From the NCBI GenBank assembly GCA_043228905.1, contig JBHGNT010000017.1, forward strand, positions 10,230,001 through 10,294,000: 64,000 nucleotides of DNA, written 5' to 3'. The notes beneath the pieces are model-generated. The model was not told the DNA's origin. It worked only from the letters and a program-made list of their open reading frames with translations, and did not search any database. This DNA comes from Azolla caroliniana (lineage: Eukaryota > Plantae > Polypodiophyta). Below, one piece after another: positions 47,701 through 60,699 of this stretch. Position 1 is the first letter of the stretch; each line of letters begins with the position of its first letter. A program made the position numbers and the translations under genes.

Positions 47701-50700
47701 AGTGCTCATTGGACGGAGGGACATATTCGTAAATATGTTTTCTGAGAGTTCATCGGGGCTATATTTGTAAATAGCCGAAAAGTCATATTAGTATAAATAT
47801 GACTTAGGGCAAACCTTATGATGTTGTTGTCATTCTTGTTGGCGCGAGATTAGAGCGCAACAGTGTATAGAGAGAGAGAGAGAGAGAGAAAGAGACGAAG
47901 AGTTCGTATCTCTATTGTAACCGCCGCCTGTGGCGAAGATAGCAAGCTCGAGGTCGTTGCCTCGATGCTTTAGTATTGTACATTCTGAAATAGTGATTGT
48001 TTGCAGTCTGTGGGCTACCGTGGTTTTTCCCTAGTTTGGGTTTTCCACGATAACATTCTGTGTTCTCTTCTCTTCACTGTGTCATGCGTTCACTATCCGT
48101 TTTCTGTGTTTCATCCTAGGCTCGGTTGTGGCCGAGCGTTGTTCATTCGGAGCGTGTGTTCCTGTCATGAATTCGCGCCGAATTCTCATCTATTGTAGAT
48201 AACCGTTGAATTGACCGGAAAAGTATTCTTTTCCTCCATCCGACCGCAGGCACTTGATCTTTCTTCCGGTTTCCGTTTCAACGAACCCTTTGAGGTCCCG
48301 AAAATAGTCGAAGACTTCGCTCTTCCTCTCAATGAGGTAGATCCACGTGTGCTGCATGTAGTCGTCAATGAAGGAGATGAAATATCGGCTCCCGCCAAGA
48401 CTAACGTTTTGTGTTGGCCCCCACGCATCAGAGTGTATCAAGTCGAGCTTGTTCCAGCTCTGGTTACGCTCGGTGGGGAAAGGAAGTCGGTGTTGCTTCC
48501 CATGCTGGCAGGCTTCACAAATTTGTGCCTTCCAGCCACTAAATTTGGGAAATCCAAACACCACTTGTTTCGATTGCATGTCTGGAAGCCGCTAGTAGTG
48601 GACGTGGCCTATCCGCTTGTGCCATAAGTCGATGTCCGACTCGACTTTAAGTCCCTTCACGAACATTGTAATGCCACCGTCAGTAGAGTCGAGGATGAAC
48701 ATCCTCCCATCTTTGCGCCCTTGCACAATAACACGGCTCTCTTCCTCAATGAAGCACCCGAGGTGTGTAAACTGGACCTCCATCCCTTGGTCGACGGTCT
48801 ATCCGACCGACACCAACTTCTTCGTGATTGTCGTAACGTGTAGCACGTTCATGAGTTTCCCTTTCTGCCTGACATGGCTTAGGGGAACTTCTTCGACATT
48901 CGCGATTGGATGCGGAGTGTCGTCTCCGGTTGCCATTACTCTCGGTTGCATTGGTTTTTCTAGGTACGAGAACCACTCCTTATGGCTCGTCATGTGATTT
49001 GACGCGCCGGAGTCGACGTACCACACCTCGTCCAATTTAGGGGTGGTCTGCTTCATTGAGTTTGCTTCGTGTCTCGTCACGAAGGTAGACCTTTTCCGGC
49101 TTTTCCGGATCCTTCGGCGTAGTGCGATCGCTGCCGGTTTCCTTTGTCGGTATGTCCGGAACCAGATCCGGAACCGGTCCTCTCCGACTCAACGCACTTT
49201 TTCCAGCACTCGCTCTCTCTGTGACCTTTCTTGCCACAGTACCAACATTCCATGTTGGGTTTCCCTTGCCAGTTCTCATCGCCTCGACTCCCCCTGTTTC
49301 CGGAGGGTCCGGAATTGCTATCGGCATCATTTCGGTGCCTCCTTCCTTGATCTCGTCGGCCGCCTCCATTGCACACCGACTCGCCTCTTCCTTCACATCC
49401 ACGGGGCCTATCTCCCTCCGTGTACAACATCTTGTTATCCGTGTGCGTGCTCATTGACGCACCCGCGTGGTTCTCCTCTACCAGGAGCATCGAATGTAAG
49501 TCGAAAAAGGACAGGGTATTCTCCTGGGTACACACAACAGTTCGGAACACCCCGAACATCGACGCCAAACCCTCGAGATGCACCTGGACCATCTCTCTTT
49601 CCTCGATGTTCACATTGATGGAAGCTAAGGAGTCGCATATGTCCTTGATCTTCGAGGTATAGTCAGCCACCAACAAATCGCGTTGTCGTAGGTTACTCAA
49701 CTCCTGTCGGAGCTGAAGCTTCTTAGCTGTGGTGCTCGCGGCCAAGATCTTCTTTAGATTTTCCCACGCACCCTTCGGCGTTTTTGCATCCCGAACGTAG
49801 CTTAATAGTTGTTCGCCCACATTACTCTGCTCACTGACTGTTCCCACACCGGGAAATCTTTGTGTGTCGATTCGAGTGCTGTGTCATTTGCTCCATCGAC
49901 ATAGCTCCAGTACCCGTGCCCGAGCAGGTACTGGTGCATCTTGTGGGACCAAGATGCGTAGTTGTTTCTGTCGAGCTTCTCCGTCGGAAGCGAGCTAGCC
50001 ATGCCTCTATCCATCGGTTTTACCTGTTCTTCTCGGTTGGTTTTTCTTTTCAAGCTATGTCGGCTGTAGAGGTTCTCAACCCTCGCGCTCTAATACCATG
50101 TGAAAGATTATGTGCGGAAGCAATAGAAAACGAACACAGAGAAAATATGCAGGTTTAATGGAGAGCTTGAATATACATAGTACGCGGGAGAGACAGAGAG
50201 AGAACGGAAAAAGAAAACAATTCAAAAAATACTAACTTTGTGCATAGGATGTGCTTAGTGAGCACTTTTATACAAGCCCTGACAATCGGGCTGACACAAG
50301 TACTGATAGTACTTGACTTCTCATAAGTGAGCCTCGACACTAACTCCCAAAATTATTCCTTTACGAGGAATATCTCTCTAACAGCCTTTCAGTTTACGCA
50401 CCGATACGGCCTTTTGTTACGCACCGGTTTGCGTACCAGATTACGCATCCGTTTTACGCAGCAGTCCGGCCTAACCGATCCGGTCCTCGGTTTGCTCAAT
50501 CGATCCGGCTGATATTGAGCTTGTCTCTCAAGAAAACCCCATCCGACACAGTCTCTGCGTGATCTTCGTGTTTCAAGCGTGTGGGGCTTGCTTGAGTCTA
50601 TAAAGGGACTTCATCAACCGACATACAACCGATGTGTTCACTCCGGACTGGAACACGTAAACACTTGTTCCTCAAGATCACATTGCATGAACACGTTTTT

Positions 50701-53700
50701 CACATCCATCTGATGTAGATGCCACCCCTTCGTCACTGCCACCACAAGCAAGACAGGGATAGTCGTCATCTTTGCGACCGGTGCGAACGTCTCATTGTAG
50801 TCGATGTTGTGTTGTTGTGCGTAGCCCTTTGCCACTAACCGGGCCTTGTATCGGTTGGCGGAGCTGTTGGTGTTGTATTTAACCTTGTATACCCATCAAC
50901 AACCAATCGGTTTCACTCCTTTCAGCATGTCCATGAAATCCTACATCTCATTTTCCGTGAGTGCGTGCATCTCTTCCTCCATGGAATTCTGCCAGTTCGG
51001 ATCCTTTGCCGCTTCTGCATAGCTCTTCGGCTCACGCATGGTTGCCACCCTCACCATGTACACATAATGATGCGCCATATAATCATTGTACCCGCACCTT
51101 TTCACGGGGTTTTTCTGGCGGGTGGATCCACGTAATGCCTGATTCACCGATTTCGCGGCCCTCTTGGCCAACGCGGACTCCTTTTTCGAAGGTCCATCTT
51201 CGCTCTTCCCGGAGTTGGTCTCGTTCCGATCTGACTCGTCTCTACCAGTTGCATATTCCGACATCTTCTTCTTCCCCTTTTCCTTGCGTATGAACCATCT
51301 CCTCAGTTCCTACGCAGGGAGAGCATGACAAAGTCTCCACTACTCGCCAACTCTTCATCTGACTGGTCATTCCGACTCAGTCGCTCATGTGGCCCACTTA
51401 GCCGGAATGAGATCGGACTCTCATCTCGAGTACCAAATTCTTCTTCATCTTCTACCTGGATCATTTTGGGCTCACTGGAATCATCCTCCGGAGTCGGGTC
51501 GAAGTCAGGAGAGAGTACCATGATGCTGACTCATCAAATTCGACATCTCCGCTAACTCAAACCTGTTTTGTTTGGGGGAGAGAATGTTGTCCGTTGGACT
51601 AAAAATGTGATATCATTGGGAACCATATATGTAATTACCTAGAAAGAATCGTAATACGAAAAGTAGGTAAAAGTAGGTAAACGAGTGTTATGAAACAGGA
51701 AGCCGAGTCATACGCAGCCGAGGAAAGAATAAGTACACGCGCCGAAGAAGTTGAAAACAATAAACTATATAAGAAAATAAGTTGAGGACAGTAAGGGGGA
51801 CATATAGAAGGATCACAATAGAATCAGACATATAGTCTAGAGAAACAGAATTAATATCGGCATATAGTCCTGAGCATGTAATTCATGATCTATTTAATAT
51901 AACAGAGTTGGGTTTTGATCTGTGTTTCCGTGGTACTTCCGTAACGCCACAGAGTGAGTTTTTTCTATTTCATGCACTAAGTATTGTGTTTCATCGGTGA
52001 AGGTGATGTAAAGTCGTCACCATTTATCAAGAGTAACTTGGGGATTACTCATACCACATCTCTTGGTCCGATTCGACATAGCGATCAAAGGTGTTGCTTC
52101 CAGATAGGCGGTAAAACAATTTGGCACACCTGGTTCAAGCTATCATTCACAGTGAACTTACGAAGTAGTCTCCCCAGTCGCCAATACGACGCCCACTACA
52201 CTAACGGCCCGGATGCCGAAGCTCACATCCACTCCTTCCTAAACACATGGCAGGCCAACCATTTGACACAACGGCTCACCGCCGCAAAGATCGATGCGTC
52301 CAAAATCGCCGAATTTACACTTTCCCTCGACGGCCCCGCCGCACGATGGTATTCTCGCAACGACCCTAGGAAGTTCACCACTTTCCATCATGAAGTCCGC
52401 ACATAGTTTTTGGAGCTTTTCCATCACGAAATCCCTATACGCGAATTGCTTTGCCAATTCTACACTATCGAGCAAGGACCCCATGAAACCGTTGCCCAGT
52501 TCGTCCTCAGATTCCAAGATCTATATCGACAAGTGGCGCGAGATGTCTTGACAAACCACTTGAAGGAAACGTTCCTCACCAACCTTCAGGAGCCTCTTCG
52601 CACAACATTGGCACTTATGGACTTCTCTCAAAACAGCATCACTGGTAGCTCGCGTTCTCGCCCTGGCTTGCACACACCACAGTAATTCCTTTGCCATTGT
52701 TACGGTGCAAGCGGCTCTACCAACAATGGAGGAAACGCACTTATGACATGCCTTACAATGCACAATCTGCACCAGTGCCGGTCACTCTGCTTTGGACTGC
52801 CCTTCCCGACCGCAATGCCCCATCTGCCATTCACGGAACCATGCGGTCGAGCAATGTGAATACAACATGCTGAACGCACAGCCGCAACTACAATTCACCA
52901 AATTGAGCCTTGAACCAACCCTATCCAACCACCCCCACCACCCAGAGAAGCACCATGGCTATGGGAAGACAACCGACCACACTACCACACGGTTAATGCC
53001 CCTGATACGACATGTTGCACCAGGGAAAATCCATATCGGAACGACACTCAGAACCACCCTACCCCTATCACCAAGATCACCAGCACTACTGTCGGGATTA
53101 CAACTACCAACCGAAACGTGGATTCCATCATAATTCAAGTTCCCGATATTTCGGCAATCGTCGATATTTTGATAACCGCCGTCGGGATCAACATCGCGAC
53201 AACACTTGGCATCACCACCACATGGAGCCTCAGGGAAATCCATCCCAAGGCTATACTCCACCAGGACGTGACGACCAACTACAAAATCCAACACCATCCC
53301 CATTCGAGCACTGCGACCCCAGCACATCGGCACTAGTAACTTGTTTTAATTGTAACCAACCCGTCCATTCCGCCAATCAATGTTCTAATGACACCAGGGG
53401 AAAGGCACCCGCCATCAATATGATTACGATGGACGTCCAACAAGTCACCACACGAAGTAAGACCGTGTAATCATCACAATGCGACCATGGTTACGTACCG
53501 CCAACATCAAGCAACAGTAGCAAAAGAATATGATCTCGTTCCGCCATGGCAAAACAAAAGTTTGCGTCACCACAGAAGCACGGAATCCAACTCCGATTGA
53601 TAACAACCCACTTTACGCCGAAGGAGTCCATATGCTAGATGGCCTGACGGACGACGAGATGACCTCTTTTCTTGACGAGCACCCCACAAGCGTGCCACTT

Positions 53701-56540
53701 TTCGAAATCGACGTCCTTTTGGCCGTGGAGCCCTACATCGCCACCGATAGCAAGACCCATGAACTCCACAAACCAGACCCTGCATCACTGAAGGATTTGC
53801 AGCAAGCCCACGATGCGCTTGAACGAGAACTAGTGATATCACAGTGGGTAAAAGCCTCCACCTTGGAAGACATCAACCTCGAATCCCCAAGTGTGCCGTG
53901 CACAGTCAAAATAGCTAAAGACTTGGCCGAGAACGATAGGTTGGCTTTAATAACACTGCTTATGGAGTATCAAGATGTGTTCACTTGGTCTTACAATGAC
54001 ATGAAGGGTCTCGATCCCCAATACTACCAGCATCAAATACATTTGCACACAGATGCTTGGCCCGTTCAACAACGACGTTACCGTATGAACCCCAATTATG
54101 CAGCACGGGTCAAGGAAGAAATTGACAAATTACTCCGCATCGGGTTCATCCGGCCAATCAAACGAGCAACCTAGCTCAGCCCAATCGTCGTTGTTCCGAA
54201 AAAGAATGGACAGATACGGGTTTGTGTGGATTACCGGAAACTAAACACTGCCACAATCACCGACACATTTCCCTTACCTTTCACCGATAACATTCTTGAC
54301 ACGGTAGCCGGTCACGATTGTTATAGCTTTCTGGAAAGGTTCAGTGGTTATAATCAAATCCGCATGGACCCGGATGATCAAGAGAAATCGTCTTTCGTTC
54401 CGGAATGGGGAGTGTTGTAGCAGTAGTCATGATGTTTGGGTTGAAAACGGCCCCCACCACATTTCAATGCATAATCTCAAAGATTTTCGACGACTTCATC
54501 CCCGCATTTATGCAAGTATTCCTAGATGACTTTGCGGTTTACGGCCGTCATACCGAACACTTACAACATTTATGATTATGCCTTGACAGATGTCGCAAAG
54601 CCCGGCTCAACCTCAATCCGGCTAAGTGTGCTTTCCATGTCACAAATGAGGCGTTACTAGGACACATCGTCAGCAAAGAGGGCATCACAATGGATCCCGC
54701 CAAAGTACAGGCCATTTTACACGCCCCAGCCCCGACCACAGCTAAAGCTCTAAATAGATTCCTGGGACAAATACGGTGGCACAGTCATATGCTCCGGTAC
54801 CTAGCCGATTTTGCCACTCCATTACGCACCATGGTTCACACGGTGCCCTTCCGATGGACAAAGCGCGAAGACATGGTGTATCAATCCTTAAAGATCATGT
54901 TGTCTCACGCCCCGGTCGTCCAACCTCCATACTGGACACAACCATTCCACGTCTTCGTGGATGCATCCGATATCGCGATCGGTAGCGCTTTGATGCAACG
55001 AACGCCACCAAACTAGTTTTGACCAATCTACTATACTAGCCGCCGCCTATCACAAGCCGAGAAAAACTACTCCACAACCGAAAAAGAAGCGCTCAACATG
55101 ATTTATAGTATTTCCAAATTTCGGCATTATCTGCTCGGCCGAAAGTTCACTTTTCACGTGGACCACTCAGCATTGTTTTATCTGGTCAATAAGCAGGCAC
55201 TAACGCGAAGATTAGCCCGATGGATGTTACTACTCCAGGAATTCGACGTCGACATTCAGCATCGTTCAAGCTTACAACACGCGGTCGCCGACTACCTTAG
55301 CCGCTTAGAAAGAGGGGAACCGCCGGACCAGGAATATGGTGACTTTCCGGACGCCCCTTTATTCTCTATTCACGACACAACACTGGAGTCGCACCCGGAG
55401 GATGCCTGGAGCAGGGACATGACGTATTTATGCCTCATCAGCCTATCCTTCCCTTGGAACCATTCCAAAAGTGGGGACTGGATTTCTTAGGCCCGTTCAA
55501 ACCACCCGCGGCCCAGACAAGCAACAAATAAAGCGTGGTCGCAACCGATTATTGTACGAAGTGGGTCGAAGCCAAAGCCCTACGTGATAACACGGCAACA
55601 TCCACCATGAAGTTTATTTACAAACAGTTATGGTGCCGCTTCGGTTGCCCAATCGAGCTAGTGAGCGACCAAGGCAGACATTTCGTTAACCACTTAATAC
55701 GGGAATTAACCTCCCATTATGTTGTAGTCCATAAGAAAAGCACCCCCTACTATCCTCAAGCCAACGAACTTGCCGAATCAATGAGTAAAACCTTGCAAAC
55801 CATCCTTAAAAAAATCATCAACGAAAATCGCACAGACTGGGATGACAAGCTCCATAGCGCTCTTTGGGCATATCGCACGACATTCAAGACGAGTATCGGC
55901 TCCATGCCTTTTCGGCTCGCGTTCGGATTGGAAGCAGTAATGCCAATCGAGTCCCAAATCCCCAACCTCCGACTTAAGATTGTCGATCGACTGCCGGAAT
56001 TTGAATCTGAGCGCTAGCGGCTGACTCAATTACTCGAACTTGGTGAACAGCGCATTCACAACATGGCCCAGCTAGAGCACGGTCAGCGGCGCCGAAAAGC
56101 CTTTGTCAACAGACATTTCGGAATCAGGCAGCCAGTCTTAGTTTTCCAAACAAAACTCGAAGCGATGCCGAGCAAGCTTCGATTTCAATGGATAGGGCCC
56201 TTCTGGATTATTGATACGTACCACAGGACATTCCAACTCGGCAAGTTAGCAGGCGAAGCCCTGTCATAGTGGGTCAACGGGTTTCGATTGAAGCCGTACC
56301 GCGGGCCAACCCCACCAAATCCTTTCACCAAACACCACCAAGATTCCGACAAACCTAAGGTAGGTACAACTAACGAACGAGAGGGCATCACGCCAGAATC
56401 ATGGTAACAACCCACCAATTAATCACGGTTTAACAAAAAAAAAAAAAAACCCACCACTCGTTATTTAAAGACACAAAGTGTTAGTACGATAAGCAAGTAC
56501 TAAATGCGGCTAACACGACGCCTGGTCTTTAACTCCCAGT

Positions 56541-58886
56541 ATGGCAAGCAAGATTCTAAATCTAGGGAGGAAAGGTTCGCCTCGGGATTTGAGAAACCCT
56601 CCAAAAAACAGACCTCAACAAGAAAGCTTCCACCTTCGTCAACACTACTCTCAAGCCATCTCTCCTCCTGCACTTACATCCCCTAGCTCTCCAAATCCCT
56701 CTGCTCAAACCCTATCCCACTCTCCTTCGCCTCCCGTTCTGCTTAACTCCTCAACTTCCACCATGCCGTTTGAGGTATCGACCGAACTACGAACCTGACT
56801 CACCCAAAAGGGCCTAGCTGGATACCTGCAGATTTACGATGTTGATGCTCACCCAAGGGCACAGGCCATCACCTCAAAAATCCACCCCAGCACCATCACC
56901 AATGATATCATCCGGTTTTCTCTTTGCCTGCCAAGAGGTGGGGAATATGATGTCGAGGCACCTCCCCAACATATTCTAGAAAAATATTTTGGGGAGTACT
57001 CCCTTTCTGCTAAAACCCATCTCATGCACGATGGCCCCAACGAGCTCTTTGGGGATCTCGCTCATTTTTTCCTTAAGTATGTCTGTATCTATCAAAACTC
57101 GCATAGCATGCCGAAGAAAAAAGCAGGGTTGATCATTCTCGTGCACAAAGGGCGCAAAATCGATTGGGGCAGCATCACAGGGGAAGGTGTCAAAGCAGCC
57201 ATCGCTTCTTTCAAATCGGGGAAACGCTTCTTGCCGGTCCTGGCCCAATACACCGTCGTGCTCTACCCACCCGAAGCTCAGCTTCCACGCCAGCCATTGG
57301 CGCTCCCTGCCCCGCCCCGCCCCCCAAACCTAAACGACGCCACACGGTGCCTCACGAGGAGTGGACTGAGTGCCTCACGCAGGGGATAACATCACACTCT
57401 GAGGACGAGTCCAAGAGACACCGAAGGTCACCTCTCCGCACCCTGATCAAAACACGAGCACATAGGCCGCAACACCTCGCTCTGGAGGACCACAACTGAA
57501 ACGCGGCCACAATGAAACATCCTCACCTAAGCCAGATGCCACGAAACGCCGCCTCACAGACCAGGACAACGCGCATCAACCTGACCCTTTGGGAGCGACA
57601 CCGACTCTGGTGGTAGCACCAGTTACGACACTCGCGGTCATTCCAGGCCACACCGAAAAGGGCCAGGCGTCGAGGTTTTCTATAGACGACGTCTTCATGC
57701 TGCGAGACATGCCTGCCGAATCTTTTGAACTAAGCGCTTTATTGCAACACGGCACGTCATACGAACTCATTGATTTCCTGGCCAAATTACAAGTAGCTAC
57801 TGCGAACCGAATGGCGCAAGAACATGCCGAGAAACAAGTAATTCAAAGGGCCCTTGATAATGAGCCTGCTTCGGACAACGAGCCAAAACTCTAAAAAGTC
57901 GGCAAAAATAGGGGAACAAAGAAATGACGCACCCGTATTGAGCTCCCTGAGCTCAATATGGCGTTAGTCGAAACATACAGAGAGCTCGACCACGAACACG
58001 CACGGCTAAGGATATGGCCGCAAACATTCAAATTGCTCGTCAACAGGCCAAAATAGCAACAGAGCTCTGGCAGAATTCAGAAATGCAACGAGCCGAGTTA
58101 GAGCAGAAGCTCGGTACGGTGCTCTTCGCACCATCGTCCACTCTCCCACCCCCTTCAGACCAAACAACACAAACGGCTACTACCTTAGAACGCGAGGTTG
58201 AGCACAAAAAGCACATACAGGCCTTAGACGATGCCCATGCCAAGTTCAACCACGAAGTCGACAAGATAACAACTGAAACTGAAGCCAGGGTTCAATCAAT
58301 GAACACAACGTATGAAGTAGTTGCGGTCCAATTATGGCTAGAAATTGAGCAAGCTAAACAAGATAACCTGGCTCTTCAAACACTACACGATGAAAGGGAG
58401 GACCGAATCAACATGCTGGTTATGAAGCAACACCAGAAATTGAATCGCAAGATCGACGAAACGCTCGACACCGGATGGAAGAAATGGTCGGCTCAAGCAG
58501 CCGGATTACAGGTTTTACGGGTGGACGCCAAGAATCTTCAGAAAGAAGGCAAAGTATTTTTTTAAATGGACAAAACAAGCATCAGTATGATCCGAGAAGA
58601 CCTCGAGGAGGATTTCCACGCCCTCGCTGATGGACACACAAAAGCTATTTCCGTGCTCTTGGAGGAATTCAACGACGATCAAATGGTGTTGTGGATCGCC
58701 GCCAAGCAAACCATGGACATTACAACAACCGACGGCGACGAAGGACCAAGCAAACCAGTTATAGGCACCTCCCCGAACGATCAGAGCAACGAGCCAAGGG
58801 ACGAAGGAAGCAACGATGTACGGTCTGAACCAGAGACCGTAACAAAACTAGCGGAGGGCATCTTCCACATCCTCCTGGAGGATTAA
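56541..58886 (+). pseudogene. Extra ORF of element E, broken by stops and frameshifts: globular part with KIDWG motif, Pro-rich linker, coiled coil, acidic tail
   Basis: ORFs 56541..56798, 57024..57389, 57589..57894, 58014..58565 and 58566..58886 between integrase and 3' LTR, preceded by an oligo-A spacer. Confidence 0.7.
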
Positions 58887-58953
58887 CTGTCCTTTAGATT
58901 TTCTTTTCTTTTTGAATTTTGCGTTTTTTGTGAGTTCAACGTGCCACGGCATT

Positions 58954-58970
58954 GTCCCACGAGTGTGCCA
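58954..58970 (+). other. Sense copy of a tRNA 3' end (inverted PBS) at the PPT position of E
   Basis: GTCCCACGAGTGTGCCA, then GG, then LTR TGTTG; its reverse complement begins TGGCACAC like the 5' PBS. Confidence 0.75.
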
Positions 58971-60038
58971 GGTGTTGTCCGTGGGAATAAAAATGTAATA
59001 TCGTTGGGAACCGTATATGTAATTACCTAGAAAGAATCATAATACGAAAAGTAGGTAAAAGTAGGTAAACGAGTGTTATGAAACAAGACGTGGAGTCATA
59101 TGCAACCGAGGAAAGAGTAAGTACGCGTGCCGAAGAAGTTGAAAACAATAAACTATATAAGAAAATAAGTTGAGGACAGTAAGGGGGACATATAGAAGGA
59201 TCAGAATAGAATCAGACATATAGTCTAGAGAAACAGAAATTAATACCAGCATATAGCTGTGAGGATGTAATTCATGATCTATTTAATATAACAGAGTTGG
59301 GTTTTGATCTGTGTTTCTGTGGTACTTCCGTAATGCCACAGAGTGATTTTTTTCTATTTCATGCACTAAGTACTGTCTTTCATCGATGAAGGTGTTGTAA
59401 AGTCCTCTCCATTTATCAAGGGTAACTTGGGGACTACTCGTACCACGTCTCTTGGTCTGATTCCACGTAGGGATCGAAGGTGTTGCTTCGAGATAGGCGG
59501 TAACAGAGAGTACCATGATGCCGACAAGGATGCACTTCTCTGACTTCAGGTCCAGCTTTCTCCGCTTCTCATCTGGCACATCCACAGAGGCAAGCAATGT
59601 TATTGAATATCTTAAGGTGCCTTAAATTGGGCTTCCGCCGGAAATACAGCTAATGTGTTGACACCCGATCTGGTTTTGGATGTAGACGGTCATTCGGACT
59701 GCTTCGGCCCAGTAAAACTTGGGCATGCTTTTCTCTTCCAGCATTGCCCGTGTCGCCTCAACAATCGACCGGTTCTTCCTTTCAGCCACACCGTTTTGTT
59801 CTGGTGTGTATCGGCAGCTAAATTCCCTCCGAATTCCTTTCTACTATAGATCATTGTTGAATTGGCCGAGAAAGTATTATTTTCCGCCATCTGACCGCAG
59901 GCACTTCATCTTCCTCTCCGTTTCCCGTTCAACAAGACTTTGCAGGTTCCGAAAATAGTCAAAGACTTCGCTTTTCTTCTCGATGAGGTAGGATCCACGT
60001 GTGTCGACTATAGTCGTTGATGAAGGAGACAAATTATT

Positions 60039-60098
60039 GGCAAGACTCAAACCCATGACCTTCTGATAGATGGGTCGAGCTCCTGACCATTAGACTAT
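60039..60098 (-). repeat. tRNA-derived SINE-like head
   Basis: Minus strand TAGTCTAATGGTCAGG (A-box)...GGTCATGGGTTTGAGTC (B-box) with tRNA-like spacing. Confidence 0.55.
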
Positions 60099-60099
60099 A

Positions 60100-60699
60100 T
60101 GTTATAATATGAAGAATATTATTTTCATTTAAGTTTTATTATAGAAAATTGATGTATATTCCAGATTTCTCTAGAACATTCTAGAAACTTTAGGAGTACT
60201 CTTGAGAACACTATAAAAGGAGGCACAAGGTGCTTTTTTGGAGTTGCAATGCTTGAAAGAGAAGTTTCTCGCATTGGAACAAGGAAATCAACGACTGCTG
60301 GGGGAGCTTCAACAAATCTCCTTAGAGAATCAGCAGACGCAACAACAACATGGGGAACTAGCATTACACGTGCAACAGCTCGAAGCAACCATAGTCGCGA
60401 TGCAACAACAAGGACCCAATACGCAAGGGGTTCATAAAGAACCCAAGGTCGGCCTTCCCATGAAATTTGATGGAACGTGATCGCAATTTAGAGGATTCCT
60501 TAATCAGGTACGATTAGTCATTCAAATGCATCCTTCCCGATATCCCACCGATGCATCACAAGTGGGTTTAGTAGGCACGTTGTTAAGTGGCTCAACTTTT
60601 CCATGATTCATTCCGTTGTTAGAAAAGGAATATCCTTTACTAAACAAATTTGAAGAGTTTTTAAGTGAGTTTAAAGCTTGTTTTGGAGAGACTGACAAC
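60100..60699 (+). mobile_element. Gypsy F fragment: partial LTR and Tcn1/Ty3-type gag N-terminus
   Basis: EPKVGLPMKFDGT*SQFRGFLNQVRLVIQMHPSRYPTDASQVGLVGTLLSG; TATAAAAGG upstream. Confidence 0.8.

Larger units (their letters stand above)
36594..48167 (+). mobile_element. Copia B2 nested in the integrase of C3
   Basis: TSD TGAAT on both sides; 5' LTR 36594-37045 with 40-bp array; PBS 37049-37060; gag from 37076; pol 45702-47600; 3' LTR truncated (~47600-48167). Confidence 0.93.
33193..50533 (-). mobile_element. Copia C3 nested in the RT of C2
   Basis: LTRs 33193-33641 and 50099-50533; near-TSD AAACT/AAACC; PBS 50087-50098; gag 49077..50053 with CWYCGKKGH; pol at 34125-36593 and 48168-49080. 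Confidence 0.92.
51585..59505 (+). mobile_element. Ty3/gypsy non-chromovirus element E (Athila/Phygy-like) with an extra 3' ORF
   Basis: LTRs 51585-52118 and 58973-59505; near-TSD GAGAA/GAGAG; PBS TGGCACACCTGGT from 52122; gag with zinc-knuckle remnants; RT (DYRKLN, VFLDD); RNase H (VDASD); integrase 55535..56017; no chromodomain. Confidence 0.93.
31442..60036 (-). mobile_element. Copia C2, outer host (pieces 31442-33192, 50534-51584, 59506-60036), 5'-truncated
   Basis: 3' LTR 31442-31837; RNase H/RT 32200-33190 resumes colinearly at 50534; integrase continues at 59506. Confidence 0.85.

Noticed and set aside
51570-51584. Purine run before the 5' LTR of E as a displaced PPT
   Set aside because: TTTGGGGG is colinear with host C integrase sequence (compare ~26090 and ~36245) and GAGAA is the TSD.
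60039-60098. Possible tRNA gene
   Set aside because: Boxes present but no convincing acceptor stem or cloverleaf; treated as a SINE-like head.
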